This document shows positions 9,336-18,052 of a DNA stretch of 64,000 nt, in pieces (the stretch's first letter is position 1; the number at the start of each line of letters is the position of its first letter). The stretch is from assembly GCA_002335385.1 (NCBI GenBank), contig DCVK01000016.1, positions 11,224 to 75,223 on the forward strand. Direction: 5' to 3'. The position numbers and the translations under genes are program-made. The notes below the pieces were generated by a model that searched no databases, was not told the DNA's origin, and saw only the letters and a list, made by a program, of their open reading frames with translations. The stretch comes from Candidatus Aminicenantes bacterium UBA2190 (GTDB lineage Bacteria; Acidobacteriota; Aminicenantia; UBA2199).

Positions 9336-9493
9336 ACTCGCCTCCTTTCTTCCACAGCGCGCATCCTGTCGGCGAATGGCGCGCCGTTCTCCTTCATCTA
9401 TATCCATCCCGCGATTCCCGGTCCTGCCTGAACTTTTTCCCGGGCGGCACATTGTTTTTGACCGGCAGTCTGATGCCCGCAAGAAACATGCCA

Positions 9494-9516
9494 ATTTGTT
9501 CGCTGGGTGAACAAAT
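9494..9516. promoter_or_regulatory. Perfect 8+8 bp inverted repeat (candidate operator) upstream of the TonB-receptor operon
   Basis: ATTTGTTC-GCTGGGT-GAACAAAT, about 160 nt upstream of ATG 9335 and directly abutting the only AT-rich stretch of this intergenic region (9517-9565). Confidence 0.4.
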
Positions 9517-9601
9517 GAGTAATATTTATTGAAATGACGAATTTTGACCCTATTTCCATATGTGCAGCAGAGTTCCTGTCCTGAAAAACAGGACGAGGAT
9601 C

Positions 9602-9630
9602 AAAAAAAAAGACGGCTTACCCCCGCGCCG
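9602..9630 (-). terminator. Weak candidate intrinsic terminator downstream of mnmG
   Basis: Minus strand has a short GC stem (CGGC...GCCG) followed 2 nt later by T9. The stem is only 4 bp, so support is weak. Confidence 0.25.
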
Positions 9631-9777
9631 GGAGAGACCGGAAAGCTTACCCTGGCTTTTGTTAGCAAAGATCCAAAAATGGCGGTACGTTCAGGGGAAT
9701 CCATGGCTCATGAAGAAAGCGGATGACAAGGCAGCCAGGAAAGCGGCCGGCAAAAAGAATCTCGCCGAGTGAGAGGA

Positions 9778-11592
9778 TCACTGTCTGCATTTCAGGACCA
9801 GGTGGATGCTGACGGCATTGAGCGCCGCCGGCGTCACCCCCGGGATGCGCGCCGCTTCCGCCAGCGTGAGCGGACGTGCCTTGGCCAGTTTTTCCCTGAT
9901 CTCGGTGGAGAGCCCCTCGACCTTGGCGAAATCAAGATCCTCGGGGATGACCGCTTTCTGCAGCTTGCGCATCCTGGCCACCTCCTTGTGCTGGATGGCG
10001 ACATAGCCCTCGTACTTGACGCAGGCCTCGATATAGGAGGCGTCGCTGCAGGTCGCTTTTTTCATCAGCTCCCGGCCGTGCAGCTCCTGCAGGCCGGCCA
10101 GGGTCATTCCCGGCCGCTTCAGGATCCGGAACAGCGTCTCGGTCCTGCCGCCGTAGCGCGCCCGGGTGGCGGCCAGTCTCCGGATCACACGGCGGCGCTT
10201 TTCCAACTGGCGCATCTGGCGGTCATGGTCGGTGCGGGAGACCAGTCCCAGGCGCAGGGCGTGACCGCCCAGGCGTTCGAAGGCATTGTCTTCGCGCAGC
10301 TGCAAACGGTATTCGGCACGGGCGGTGAACAGGCGGTAGGGCTCATCGACGCCGCGCTGGACGATGTCGTCGACCATGACCCCGATGTAGGCCTCCTGCC
10401 GCTCCAGGACGAAGGGTGCCTCGCCCTTGATCTTGAGAACGGCATTGATGCCGGCCATCAGTCCCTGGCCGGCGGCCTCCTCGTAGCCCGATGTTCCGTT
10501 CACCTGGCCGGCGAAGAACAGGTTGGCGACAAGGCGGCTTTCCAGGCTGGCTTGCAGCTGCGTGGGCTGGATGGCATCGTACTCGATGGCGTAGGCCGGG
10601 CGCATCATGCGCGCCCTGTCCAGGCCGGGAATGGCCGCCAGGATCAGTCTCTGCACTTCGATCGGCAGGCTGGAGGAAAGGCCGTTGACGTAGATCTCCT
10701 TGTTGCGCAGCCCCTCGGGTTCCAGGTAGAAGTGGTGCTGCTGGCGTTCGGGGAACTTGACGATCTTGTCCTCGATGGAAGGGCAATAGCGCGGTCCGAT
10801 GCCCTGGATCGTCCCCGAGTAGAGCGGTGACAGGTGCAGGTGATCGCGCACGATGCGGCCGACCTCGGCCGGGGTGCGCCCCAGGAAGCATTGCACGCGG
10901 TTGCGCAGCGGGCGGCGCGTGTGCATGGAGAAGCGGGGCGGCGGCTCGTCGCCGGGCTGGGGAGCGAACCTCGACCAGTCGATGCTGTCGGCGTGCAGCC
11001 GCATCGGCGTGCCGGTCTTCAGGCGCAGCGCCTCGAAACCCAGGCCACGGATCTCCTTTGCCAGCTGACGGGAGGGAGGCTCGTTGGCCCGGCCGGCGGC
11101 GTAGGAGGCGCTGCCGATGAAGATGCGCCCGCCCAGGAAGGTCCCGGAACAGACGATCACCGCGTCGGCGTCCAGGGTCTCGCCTTCCTCCAGGCGCACG
11201 CCGCAGGCGCGGCCGTTGCGGACCGCGATGCCGGCGGCCAGGCCCTGGTAAAGGGAGAGGCGCGGGAGGTTCTCCAGGAAATCCTTCATGAACAGGCGGT
11301 AGGCGGCCTTGTCGTTTTGGGAGCGCGTGGCGCGCACCGCCGGCCCCTTGCTGCGGTTCAGCACCTTGAAATGGATGCCGGTGGCGTCGGCGGCCCGGGC
11401 CATGACCCCGCCCAGCGCGTCGATCTCGCGGACCAGGTGCCCCTTGGCGATGCCGCCGATCGAGGGGTTGCACGACATCTGGGCGACGGTCTCCAGGTGC
11501 ATGGTCAGCAGGATCGCGTCGGCTCCCATCCGGGCCGCGGCGCAGGCGGCTTCAATGCCGGCGTGGCCGCCGCCGACGACGATGACCTTCAT
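9778..11592 (-). CDS. mnmG: tRNA uridine 5-carboxymethylaminomethyl modification enzyme MnmG (GidA)
   Basis: True start at MKVIVVGGGHAGIEAACAAARMG (FAD-binding fingerprint), which overlaps the mnmE stop as ATGA. The Arg/Pro-rich extension to 11922 in the ORF track overlaps mnmE and is rejected. MnmG-like along its full length. Confidence 0.95.
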   Translation of the reverse strand: MKVIVVGGGHAGIEAACAAARMGADAILLTMHLETVAQMSCNPSIGGIAKGHLVREIDALGGVMARAADATGIHFKVLNRSKGPAVRATRSQNDKAAYRLFMKDFLENLPRLSLYQGLAAGIAVRNGRACGVRLEEGETLDADAVIVCSGTFLGGRIFIGSASYAAGRANEPPSRQLAKEIRGLGFEALRLKTGTPMRLHADSIDWSRFAPQPGDEPPPRFSMHTRRPLRNRVQCFLGRTPAEVGRIVRDHLHLSPLYSGTIQGIGPRYCPSIEDKIVKFPERQQHHFYLEPEGLRNKEIYVNGLSSSLPIEVQRLILAAIPGLDRARMMRPAYAIEYDAIQPTQLQASLESRLVANLFFAGQVNGTSGYEEAAGQGLMAGINAVLKIKGEAPFVLERQEAYIGVMVDDIVQRGVDEPYRLFTARAEYRLQLREDNAFERLGGHALRLGLVSRTDHDRQMRQLEKRRRVIRRLAATRARYGGRTETLFRILKRPGMTLAGLQELHGRELMKKATCSDASYIEACVKYEGYVAIQHKEVARMRKLQKAVIPEDLDFAKVEGLSTEIREKLAKARPLTLAEAARIPGVTPAALNAVSIHLVLKCRQ

Positions 11593-12947
11593 TTGCCGAT
11601 GCAGAACCCGGCGAACACGCCGCGCAGGATATCGTCGACGCCGATCGCGCCGGTCAGCTCCCCGACGAGATGCAGCCCCTGGCGGATCTCCTCGGCGACC
11701 AGCTCGCCGGGCGCCGGCTCCTGCGCCTGCAGGCGCAGGATGCGGCCGATCGTTGCCCGCAGCTTTTGCAGCAGGTCTTTCTGTCTCAGGTTGACGGCAA
11801 CGGCGTCGGCGGGCGCTGCGAGTTCTCCCGGCAGGGAGGCTAGAAAAGCGGTCGCCGCCTCGAGGTTGTCGCCGTACTTGGCCGAGATCAGGTTTAAATC
11901 CTCGCCCGGAAAGGCCGCGCAAATGGCGGCGATGACATCTTCCCGGCCGCGATCGCTCTTGTTGGCCAGCAGGATGTGCTTCCTGCCGCCCAGCAGGCGG
12001 TGGATCTCCAGGTCGCTCTCCTGCAGCGGCTGCGAGGCGTCGACCATGAACAGCACGGCGTCGGCGGCGGCGATGCGCTCCAGGCTGCGCTGCATGCCCT
12101 GGTTCTCGACGTCGTCGCCGCCGGCGGCGCGGATGCCGGCCGCGTCGCTGACGCGGAAGGTAAAGCCGTCGAGAACCAGCGTCTCCTCGATGTAGTCGCG
12201 GGTGGTGCCGGGCAGCGCGGAGACGATCGAGCGCTCCCGCAGCAGCAGGGCGTTGAACAGCGAGGATTTGCCCACATTGACCCGGCCGGCGATGACCACC
12301 TGAAAGCCCCGGCTCACGACCTCGCTGAAGCGGCTGCAGGCCAGGATCTTCTCCAGGAGCACGGCGGCGGCGGCCAGTCCGCCCTGATCCCTGCCGGCTT
12401 CAATGTGCTGGTCCTCGGCGAACTCGATGCCGGTCTCGACCTCGATCGCGGCCTGCAGCAGGGCGTCGCGCACTTCGGCGACGGATGCGGAAAGACGCCC
12501 CTCCAGGTTGTCGAACTCCAACCGTGAACCGGCGCGGGAATTCGCCCGGATCAGCTCATTGACCGCCTCGGCCTGCAGCAGGTCCAATTTGCCGTTGCGG
12601 AAGGCGCGGTAGGTGAACTCGCCCGGCAGCGCCGTGCGGGCGCCGTGGCGGCAGGCCAGCGCCAGCGCTTCTTCGACCAGGAACAGGTTGGAGTGCAGCG
12701 AGATCTCGGCCATCGCTTCGCCGCTGTAGGAACGGGGGGCGCGGAAAAAGACCGCCAGGCCCTCGTCGATGCGCCGGCCGGCGTCGTGAATGAATCCGTG
12801 GTAGCTGTGGCGGTCCCGGACCCTGGCAGGCAGCGGCTGGAAGACCTTGCGGACGATGTCCTCGCTCAAGGCTCCCGACAGGCGGATGACGGCGATCCCC
12901 CCCCGCCCCGGCGGCGTGGCCAGGGCGACGATCGTCTCCTCATCCAT
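11589..12947 (-). CDS. mnmE: tRNA modification GTPase MnmE (TrmE)
   Basis: N-terminus TIVALATPPGRGGIAVIRLSG, G1 motif GRVNVGKSSLFNAL, canonical C-terminus FCIGK. Confidence 0.95.
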   Translation of the reverse strand: MDEETIVALATPPGRGGIAVIRLSGALSEDIVRKVFQPLPARVRDRHSYHGFIHDAGRRIDEGLAVFFRAPRSYSGEAMAEISLHSNLFLVEEALALACRHGARTALPGEFTYRAFRNGKLDLLQAEAVNELIRANSRAGSRLEFDNLEGRLSASVAEVRDALLQAAIEVETGIEFAEDQHIEAGRDQGGLAAAAVLLEKILACSRFSEVVSRGFQVVIAGRVNVGKSSLFNALLLRERSIVSALPGTTRDYIEETLVLDGFTFRVSDAAGIRAAGGDDVENQGMQRSLERIAAADAVLFMVDASQPLQESDLEIHRLLGGRKHILLANKSDRGREDVIAAICAAFPGEDLNLISAKYGDNLEAATAFLASLPGELAAPADAVAVNLRQKDLLQKLRATIGRILRLQAQEPAPGELVAEEIRQGLHLVGELTGAIGVDDILRGVFAGFCIGK

Positions 12948-13560
12948 TCGCTTTTTTGCGGATGGTGATGACCTTCAGGAAATTGTCGCCGTCGCTCTTG
13001 GACTCCAGGTCGGAGTACTTGTTGATGGTCATGTGGATGATGCGCCGCTCGAAGGGGTTCAGCTCGGGCAGCTCGACGGCCTGGCCACTGCGCCGCACCT
13101 GGCGGGCGAAGCGGTGGGCCTGGGCGCTCAGTTCGACTTCCTTTTTCTTGCGGTAGTTCTCGCACTCGCAGTAGATCTTCTTGCCGACGGCATCGGCGAA
13201 CAGGCGGTTGATCAGGTACTGCACGGCGTTGAGCAGGCTGCCGTTCTGGTAGAGCATCAGCTTGTAGTCCTCGCCGAAGAAGTTGACGCGCAGGAAATCG
13301 CTCTTGGCCTCCAGCTCGAACTTCAGGTTCAGCTTCATCTCCTCCAGCAGCAGGCGGACGAATGCCTCCAGTCCCTGCTGCTCGCCGCCGTCGGAGCGCC
13401 AGGCCTCGATGAAGATCTCGCGCTGCTTATGGCCGAAATATTTGGTTTTTTCCGTGATGATGCGGTACTTCAGCTGTTCTTCCTGGACGCCGAATTCCTC
13501 CGCGGCCCTCTGGATGGCATCCTTCAGAGAATTCGCGACGAATTCCTTTTTTTCCGTCAT
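12940..13560 (-). CDS. jag: Jag/KhpB RNA-binding protein (Jag_N, KH, R3H)
   Basis: The position after yidC is conserved for this gene. R3H-like C-terminus LNPFERRIIHMTINKYSDLESKSDGD. Confidence 0.85.
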   Translation of the reverse strand: MTEKKEFVANSLKDAIQRAAEEFGVQEEQLKYRIITEKTKYFGHKQREIFIEAWRSDGGEQQGLEAFVRLLLEEMKLNLKFELEAKSDFLRVNFFGEDYKLMLYQNGSLLNAVQYLINRLFADAVGKKIYCECENYRKKKEVELSAQAHRFARQVRRSGQAVELPELNPFERRIIHMTINKYSDLESKSDGDNFLKVITIRKKANG

Positions 13561-15326
13561 TTCTCTTTGGCTCCTTTCTTTCTTTTCAGCGCCTTGAACT
13601 CCCGCTCCTCATCCTTCTTCTGCTGGTAGATCTTCTGGTTGACGATGTATTGCTGGCCGATCTGCAGCACGTTGGAGAAGCACCAGTACAGGTTCAGCCC
13701 GCTGGGAAAGGAGGCGAACATGATGACCATGACGAACGGCAGGATATACATCAGCTTCTTCTGGGTCGGGTCGCCGCTCGAGGGGGTCATGCGCTGCTGG
13801 ATCAGCTGCGTCACCCCCATGAGGATGGGCAGGACGTAATAGGGGTCCTTCTTCGACAGGTCGGTGATCCACAGCATCCACGGCTCGTGGCGCACGTTGA
13901 TCGAGACCGACAGCAGCCGGAAGAATCCCCACAGCAGCGGCAGCTGCAGCAGCAGCGGCAGGCAGCCGCCGGCGGGGTTGACCTTCTCCTGCTTGTAGAG
14001 CGCCATCATCTCCGCGTTCATCAGCTTGCGCTGCTCCATGTCCTTGTTGTTCTTGTACTTCTTCTGGATCGCCTTCAGCTTGGGCTGCAGGGCCTGCATC
14101 TTGGCCATGGAGACGCTGGAGGAATAGGTCAGGGGGAAGAGGACCAGCTTGAGGAACAGGGTGAACAGGATGATGGCCCAGCCGTAGTTGGGCAGGAAGC
14201 CGTGGATGAACGTGATGCCCTTCAGCATGACCTTGGCGATGGAGCCGAACCAGCCGTACTCGATGATCTTGTTCAGATCGGGGAATTCACTTTCCACCGC
14301 GGCCAGGACCTTTTCGTCCTTGGGGCCGATGAAGGCCGCGACCGGGTCGGTGACGATCATGTAGGAATACAGCTTGCCCTTGTCCTCTCCCTGGAGCGGA
14401 CGGATCGACTGCCAGGAGAGCTGCGAGCGGTTTCCGGGCGCCGACTTGAAAACGGCGGCGAAATAGGTGGTCTCGTAGGCCGACCAGAAGAAGCCCGTCC
14501 CCATCCCGCCCGCCGCCTTTTCGAACGCCTGGCTGGCCTGGGGCAGGGTCTTCTGCTTGGCGAAATCGAGCGACTGCAACTTTTCGTTGGCGTAGGCGGC
14601 GATCTTCAGGTTCATCATCATGGCGCGGTCGCGGCTGTCGTTGTTCTCCAGATCGGGGCCGAAGACGACCGGCAGGTCGGCCACCAGGCGCCCCTCCTTG
14701 ATCACCTCGAATTTCAAGCCGATCACGTAACTGGAAGGGCTGAAAATGAATCTTTTGACGGCCAGCAGGTTTTCGGCCGCATCGGCGTATTCAAAGACGA
14801 TCTCCGTCTCCCGGCCATGGGAGACGTCGACGGTCGTTGCGCCCTGGTAGCGGAACATGGCCTTGTTCAGGGTGTCCAGGGTCTTGGTGTTGTTCAGGAA
14901 ATAGAACGGGTAGAACCCCGAGGCTACGGCGTTGCCCGAAACCAGGTCCATGGGCTGGCCGGCATCGTCCTTGTAATTCTTCAGGACCAGGGAGACCAGG
15001 CCGGCGCCGCGGTTGGTGAAACGGGCGGTGAACAAGGGTCCTTCCACGGTAATGGGCTGCTCGACCGGGGACGAGAGGTCCTCGGGCACGGCCGGGAGGA
15101 CGGCTTCTTTTTCCTCGGCTGCCGGCTCGCCCTGGCCCAGGATCGAACCGATGTCCGTTGCGGCCGATTCGGGAGCGGCGTCGGTCGGGGGCGCGGCGTC
15201 CCGGGGCTGAGTGGCCCCGGCCGGGATGGCGGCCGGCGGCGTGGGCTTGGGCATGAAGAAATACTGGTAGGCGAGCAGGACCACCACCGACAGGATGGTG
15301 GCCAGGATCAGCTTTTTTGTGTCCAT
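13557..15326 (-). CDS. yidC: Membrane protein insertase YidC
   Basis: N-terminal TM helix, a large periplasmic domain, and the conserved 60-kDa insertase core ([19 protein letters not shown]...[16 protein letters not shown]...[16 protein letters not shown]). Confidence 0.95.
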   Translation of the reverse strand: MDTKKLILATILSVVVLLAYQYFFMPKPTPPAAIPAGATQPRDAAPPTDAAPESAATDIGSILGQGEPAAEEKEAVLPAVPEDLSSPVEQPITVEGPLFTARFTNRGAGLVSLVLKNYKDDAGQPMDLVSGNAVASGFYPFYFLNNTKTLDTLNKAMFRYQGATTVDVSHGRETEIVFEYADAAENLLAVKRFIFSPSSYVIGLKFEVIKEGRLVADLPVVFGPDLENNDSRDRAMMMNLKIAAYANEKLQSLDFAKQKTLPQASQAFEKAAGGMGTGFFWSAYETTYFAAVFKSAPGNRSQLSWQSIRPLQGEDKGKLYSYMIVTDPVAAFIGPKDEKVLAAVESEFPDLNKIIEYGWFGSIAKVMLKGITFIHGFLPNYGWAIILFTLFLKLVLFPLTYSSSVSMAKMQALQPKLKAIQKKYKNNKDMEQRKLMNAEMMALYKQEKVNPAGGCLPLLLQLPLLWGFFRLLSVSINVRHEPWMLWITDLSKKDPYYVLPILMGVTQLIQQRMTPSSGDPTQKKLMYILPFVMVIMFASFPSGLNLYWCFSNVLQIGQQYIVNQKIYQQKKDEEREFKALKRKKGAKEK

Positions 15327-15556
15327 GTTGATTTCACCTCAAAGAGTTCAGGGACGGGATCGTGTCCGCCGGCGTGGAAGGGGTGGCACTTGAGCAGGCG
15401 GCGCAGGCCGAGCCACAGCCCCCGGGCGGCGCCGAAGCGCTCGATCGCCTCATAGGTGTAGCGCGAGCAAGTGGGCAGAAAACGGCAGTGGCGGCCGAGC
15501 AGGGGCGACAGCGTCAGCTGGTAGCCACGGATCAGCAGCAGCAGGGGGTTTTTCAT
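15308..15556 (-). CDS. yidD: Membrane protein insertion efficiency factor YidD
   Basis: Signature [49 protein letters not shown]. Confidence 0.92.
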   Translation of the reverse strand: MKNPLLLLIRGYQLTLSPLLGRHCRFLPTCSRYTYEAIERFGAARGLWLGLRRLLKCHPFHAGGHDPVPELFEVKSTWTQKS

Positions 15557-15557
15557 T

Positions 15558-15900
15558 TCAGCGGTGGCGGATGCGTGACAGGGCGTCGAGAAACAGGTTC
15601 TCGACCTCGGCGGCGCGGCCGCGGTCGAAGGGCTTTTTCATGGAGATCCAGATGTCATGAGGCGGCTGGAGCAGGAGGCTGTTCAAGCGGAACCACTCTT
15701 TCATTTTCCTCTTGATGTAATTGCGCTGGACCGAGTTGCCGATCTTGCGGTTAACGGAGACGGCGAAGCGGCTGGCCGCCCGGCCATTCTTCAAAAAGTA
15801 CAAAAAAAAAATCATTCCGTATCTTCGGGGCGGTTTTCAGCAGGCGGACGAACTCGGTCTCCTTCTTGATCCGCTGGGATTCCCCGAAAGTGAAGGCCAT
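15558..15900 (-). CDS. rnpA: RNase P protein component RnpA, interrupted by a 1-nt frameshift in a T10 run (A10 on plus strand, 15802-15811)
   Basis: The ORF track gives only 15558-15815 ([41 protein letters not shown]...). An upstream frame from ATG 15900 encodes [33 protein letters not shown] and then runs out of frame. Joined, the two parts reproduce the RnpA family pattern (compare B. subtilis RLKKNEDFQKVF...FVLY...LSVSKKIGNAVMRNRIKR). Confidence 0.85.
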
Positions 15901-15903
15901 GGG

Positions 15904-16038
15904 TCAGGCGGTCAGCTTCTTCCTGCCCTTTCTTCTTCTGCTGTTGATGACCGCCCGGCCGCCCTTGGTCTCCATGCGCGCCCGGAAGCCGTGCGTCTTC
16001 TTTCTTTTCAGGTTGTTGGGCTGAAACGTTCTTTTCAC
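15904..16038 (-). CDS. rpmH: 50S ribosomal protein L34
   Basis: Not in the ORF track (44 aa, GTG start). Hand translation gives [54 protein letters not shown] lies 6 nt upstream. Confidence 0.95.
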   Translation of the reverse strand: MKRTFQPNNLKRKKTHGFRARMETKGGRAVINSRRRKGRKKLTA

Positions 16039-16073
16039 CGAAACACCTCTTTCTATCTTGGAGTTAAGGAATA

Positions 16074-16102
16074 ACTATATAGAAAAAATGGGCGCTTGTC
16101 AA
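16074..16102 (-). promoter_or_regulatory. Sigma70-like promoter of rpmH
   Basis: Minus strand reads TTGACA, 17 nt spacer, TATAGT, ending about 35 nt upstream of the GTG start at 16038. Confidence 0.55.
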
Positions 16103-16159
16103 GAAAGGCGGCGGTTCCCTTTTCCCCGGCCATCGTTTATAATGGCCCCGGAGGTCCCC

Positions 16160-17395
16160 ATGAAATACCCCGATATCCTGGAGCGTTTCCTCAGCTATGT
16201 GCGCATCGACACCCAGTCCAGCGACACGTCCGAGTCCTTCCCCTCGACCGCCAAGCAGAGGGACCTGGCCGCCAAGCTGAAGCCCGAGCTCGAGGCCCTG
16301 GGCCTGAGCGATGTCCAGATCACCCCCTGGAGCTATGTCCTGGCCACGCTGCCGACCAACCAGCCTCGCAAAGTGCCGACCATCGCCCTGCTCGCCCACC
16401 TGGACACCTCGCCCGACGTCTCGGGAGCTGGCGTCGAGCCCAAGTTGCACGAGAACTACCAAGGGCAGGACCTGGTGATCTCGGAAAGCGACAACGTGGT
16501 CCTGAAGGTGAGCGAGAACCCCTACCTCAAGGAGCAGGCCGGCAAGACGATCATCACCGCCTCGGGCAAGACCCTGCTGGGCGCCGACAACAAGGCCGGC
16601 ATCGCCGAGATCATGGACGCGCTGACCTACCTGGTCGAGCATCCGCAGGCGCCGCGGCCGAACATCCGCGTCGTTTTCACTCCCGACGAGGAGACGGGAC
16701 GGGGAGTGGAGCACATCACGGCCGCCGAGATCGGCGCCGACTGCGGCTACACGGTCGACGGCGAGAAGCCGGGCGAGATCGAGGACGAGACGTTCTGCGC
16801 CGACTCGCTGGAGCTCACGGTCACCGGGATCAACGTCCACCCGGGCATGGCCAAGGGCAAGCTGGTCAACGCCGTCAAGGTCGCGGCGCGCATCATCGAC
16901 AAGCTGCCCAAGGCGGCGCTGTCCCCCGAGACCACCGCCGACCGCGAGGGCTACGTTCACCCGCACCAGGTCACGGGCAACGTCGAGACCGCCACGATCA
17001 AGTTCCTCATCCGCGATTTCACCGTCAAGGGGCTGAAGCGCTGCGAAAAGAAGATCGCCGGGATCGCCCGGCGCGTGACCGCGCAGTTCCCCGGCGCCCG
17101 CAGCGAAGTCAAGGTGATCGAGTCGTACCGCAACATGAAAGTGGTCCTGGACAAGCACCCCGAAGTGCTGGCCAAGGCCGAGAAAGCGATCGCCATGGCC
17201 GGATACACGCCCCAGCGCGCCAGCATCCGCGGCGGCACCGACGGGGCGCGCCTCAGCTTCATGGGCCTGCCCACCCCCAACCTCTTCACCGGCGGCTTCA
17301 ACTTCCACTCCAAGCAGGAGTGGATCGCGCTGGAGGACATGAAGAAGGCTTCCGAGGTCATTGTCCACCTGATGAGGCTCTGGGCCACGGAATGA
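16160..17395 (+). CDS. pepT: Peptidase T (tripeptide aminopeptidase, M20B)
   Basis: Start at MKYPDILERFLSYVRIDTQS (GGAGG RBS). Motifs HLDTSPD, GADNKAGIAEIM, FTPDEETGRG, IRGGTDGARLSFMGLPTPNLFTGG. Confidence 0.92.
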   Translation: MKYPDILERFLSYVRIDTQSSDTSESFPSTAKQRDLAAKLKPELEALGLSDVQITPWSYVLATLPTNQPRKVPTIALLAHLDTSPDVSGAGVEPKLHENYQGQDLVISESDNVVLKVSENPYLKEQAGKTIITASGKTLLGADNKAGIAEIMDALTYLVEHPQAPRPNIRVVFTPDEETGRGVEHITAAEIGADCGYTVDGEKPGEIEDETFCADSLELTVTGINVHPGMAKGKLVNAVKVAARIIDKLPKAALSPETTADREGYVHPHQVTGNVETATIKFLIRDFTVKGLKRCEKKIAGIARRVTAQFPGARSEVKVIESYRNMKVVLDKHPEVLAKAEKAIAMAGYTPQRASIRGGTDGARLSFMGLPTPNLFTGGFNFHSKQEWIALEDMKKASEVIVHLMRLWATE

Positions 17396-17465
17396 CCCTC
17401 GGGTGACGATCCCGGCCTCCCCGGGTGTTGCAGGGGAGGTACGAAAGACCCAAGGAGGATCACCC

Positions 17466-17969
17466 ATGGGAAAGCGCTATATCGCCCTGCTGCTGGCGGC
17501 CATTTGCACGGCCGTCGGCTTGGCTGCGCAAGCGATCGATCCAGCGCCGGAAAAGACCCCATTCTGCCTCTGGGGAGGGATGCAGCTGGGCGGATACGGT
17601 GACGAGATGGCCGCCATCGAACTCAGCCTCTCCACGCAATTCAGCCGCGCGGGTTATGCCTCGGCCTACTGCCTCTGGGGCAGCGTCCCGTTCAGCGCCG
17701 GCGACTCCCTGAGCGAATACGGCTTCATGATCGGCCGCTGCGTACGCAGCCGCGGCGCGTTCGCGGGCGCGGCCGCCGGCCTCTGCATTGTGAGCGGCTG
17801 GATGGGCCCCCGCTACAGCCGGCAGGCCGGCGTCGGCATCCCGCTCAAGCTGGAGGGCTCCCTCATCATCGGCGGCTTCATGGCCCTGAACCTGCAGCTG
17901 CGCGCCATGGCCTGGAAGCATACCCATGCCGGGATCTCGCTCGGGATCCAGCTGGGAAAAATGCGCTGA
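17466..17969 (+). CDS. Hypothetical exported protein, possibly a small beta-barrel
   Basis: Start at MGKRYIALLLAAICTAVGLAAQA (AAGGAGG RBS). Gly/aromatic-rich alternating pattern. No family recognised. Confidence 0.45.
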   Translation: MGKRYIALLLAAICTAVGLAAQAIDPAPEKTPFCLWGGMQLGGYGDEMAAIELSLSTQFSRAGYASAYCLWGSVPFSAGDSLSEYGFMIGRCVRSRGAFAGAAAGLCIVSGWMGPRYSRQAGVGIPLKLEGSLIIGGFMALNLQLRAMAWKHTHAGISLGIQLGKMR

Positions 17970-18052
17970 GGACTCTGGGAGCGGGGAGGCGCGCTGTTTT
18001 TTTTCGGACATCTGCGCTACAATGGCGGCATCGGCCCCGTGGAGGTGCCACC

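Noticed and set aside
9336-9493. Cobalamin or other riboswitch in the TonB-receptor leader
   Set aside because: The minus-strand leader has no B12 box (GCCACTG-like core) or other riboswitch core that I can recognise.
9577-9610. Hairpin GTCCTG-aaaaa-CAGGAC followed by A9, considered as a terminator
   Set aside because: On the plus strand the hairpin is followed by A residues, not U. On the minus strand the T-run precedes the hairpin. The geometry does not fit an intrinsic terminator; only the weaker stem at 9613-9630 can use the T9 run.
11593-11922. 110-aa Arg/Pro-rich N-terminal extension of mnmG in the ORF track
   Set aside because: It overlaps the mnmE coding region. The conserved MnmG N-terminus MKVIVVGGGHAG begins at 11592 with an ATGA junction to mnmE.
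15816-16160. Chromosomal origin or dnaA next to rpmH
   Set aside because: rpmH often neighbours dnaA/oriC. Here the divergent gene is pepT, and I found no TTATCCACA-like DnaA boxes or AT-rich unwinding element in the 121-bp spacer.
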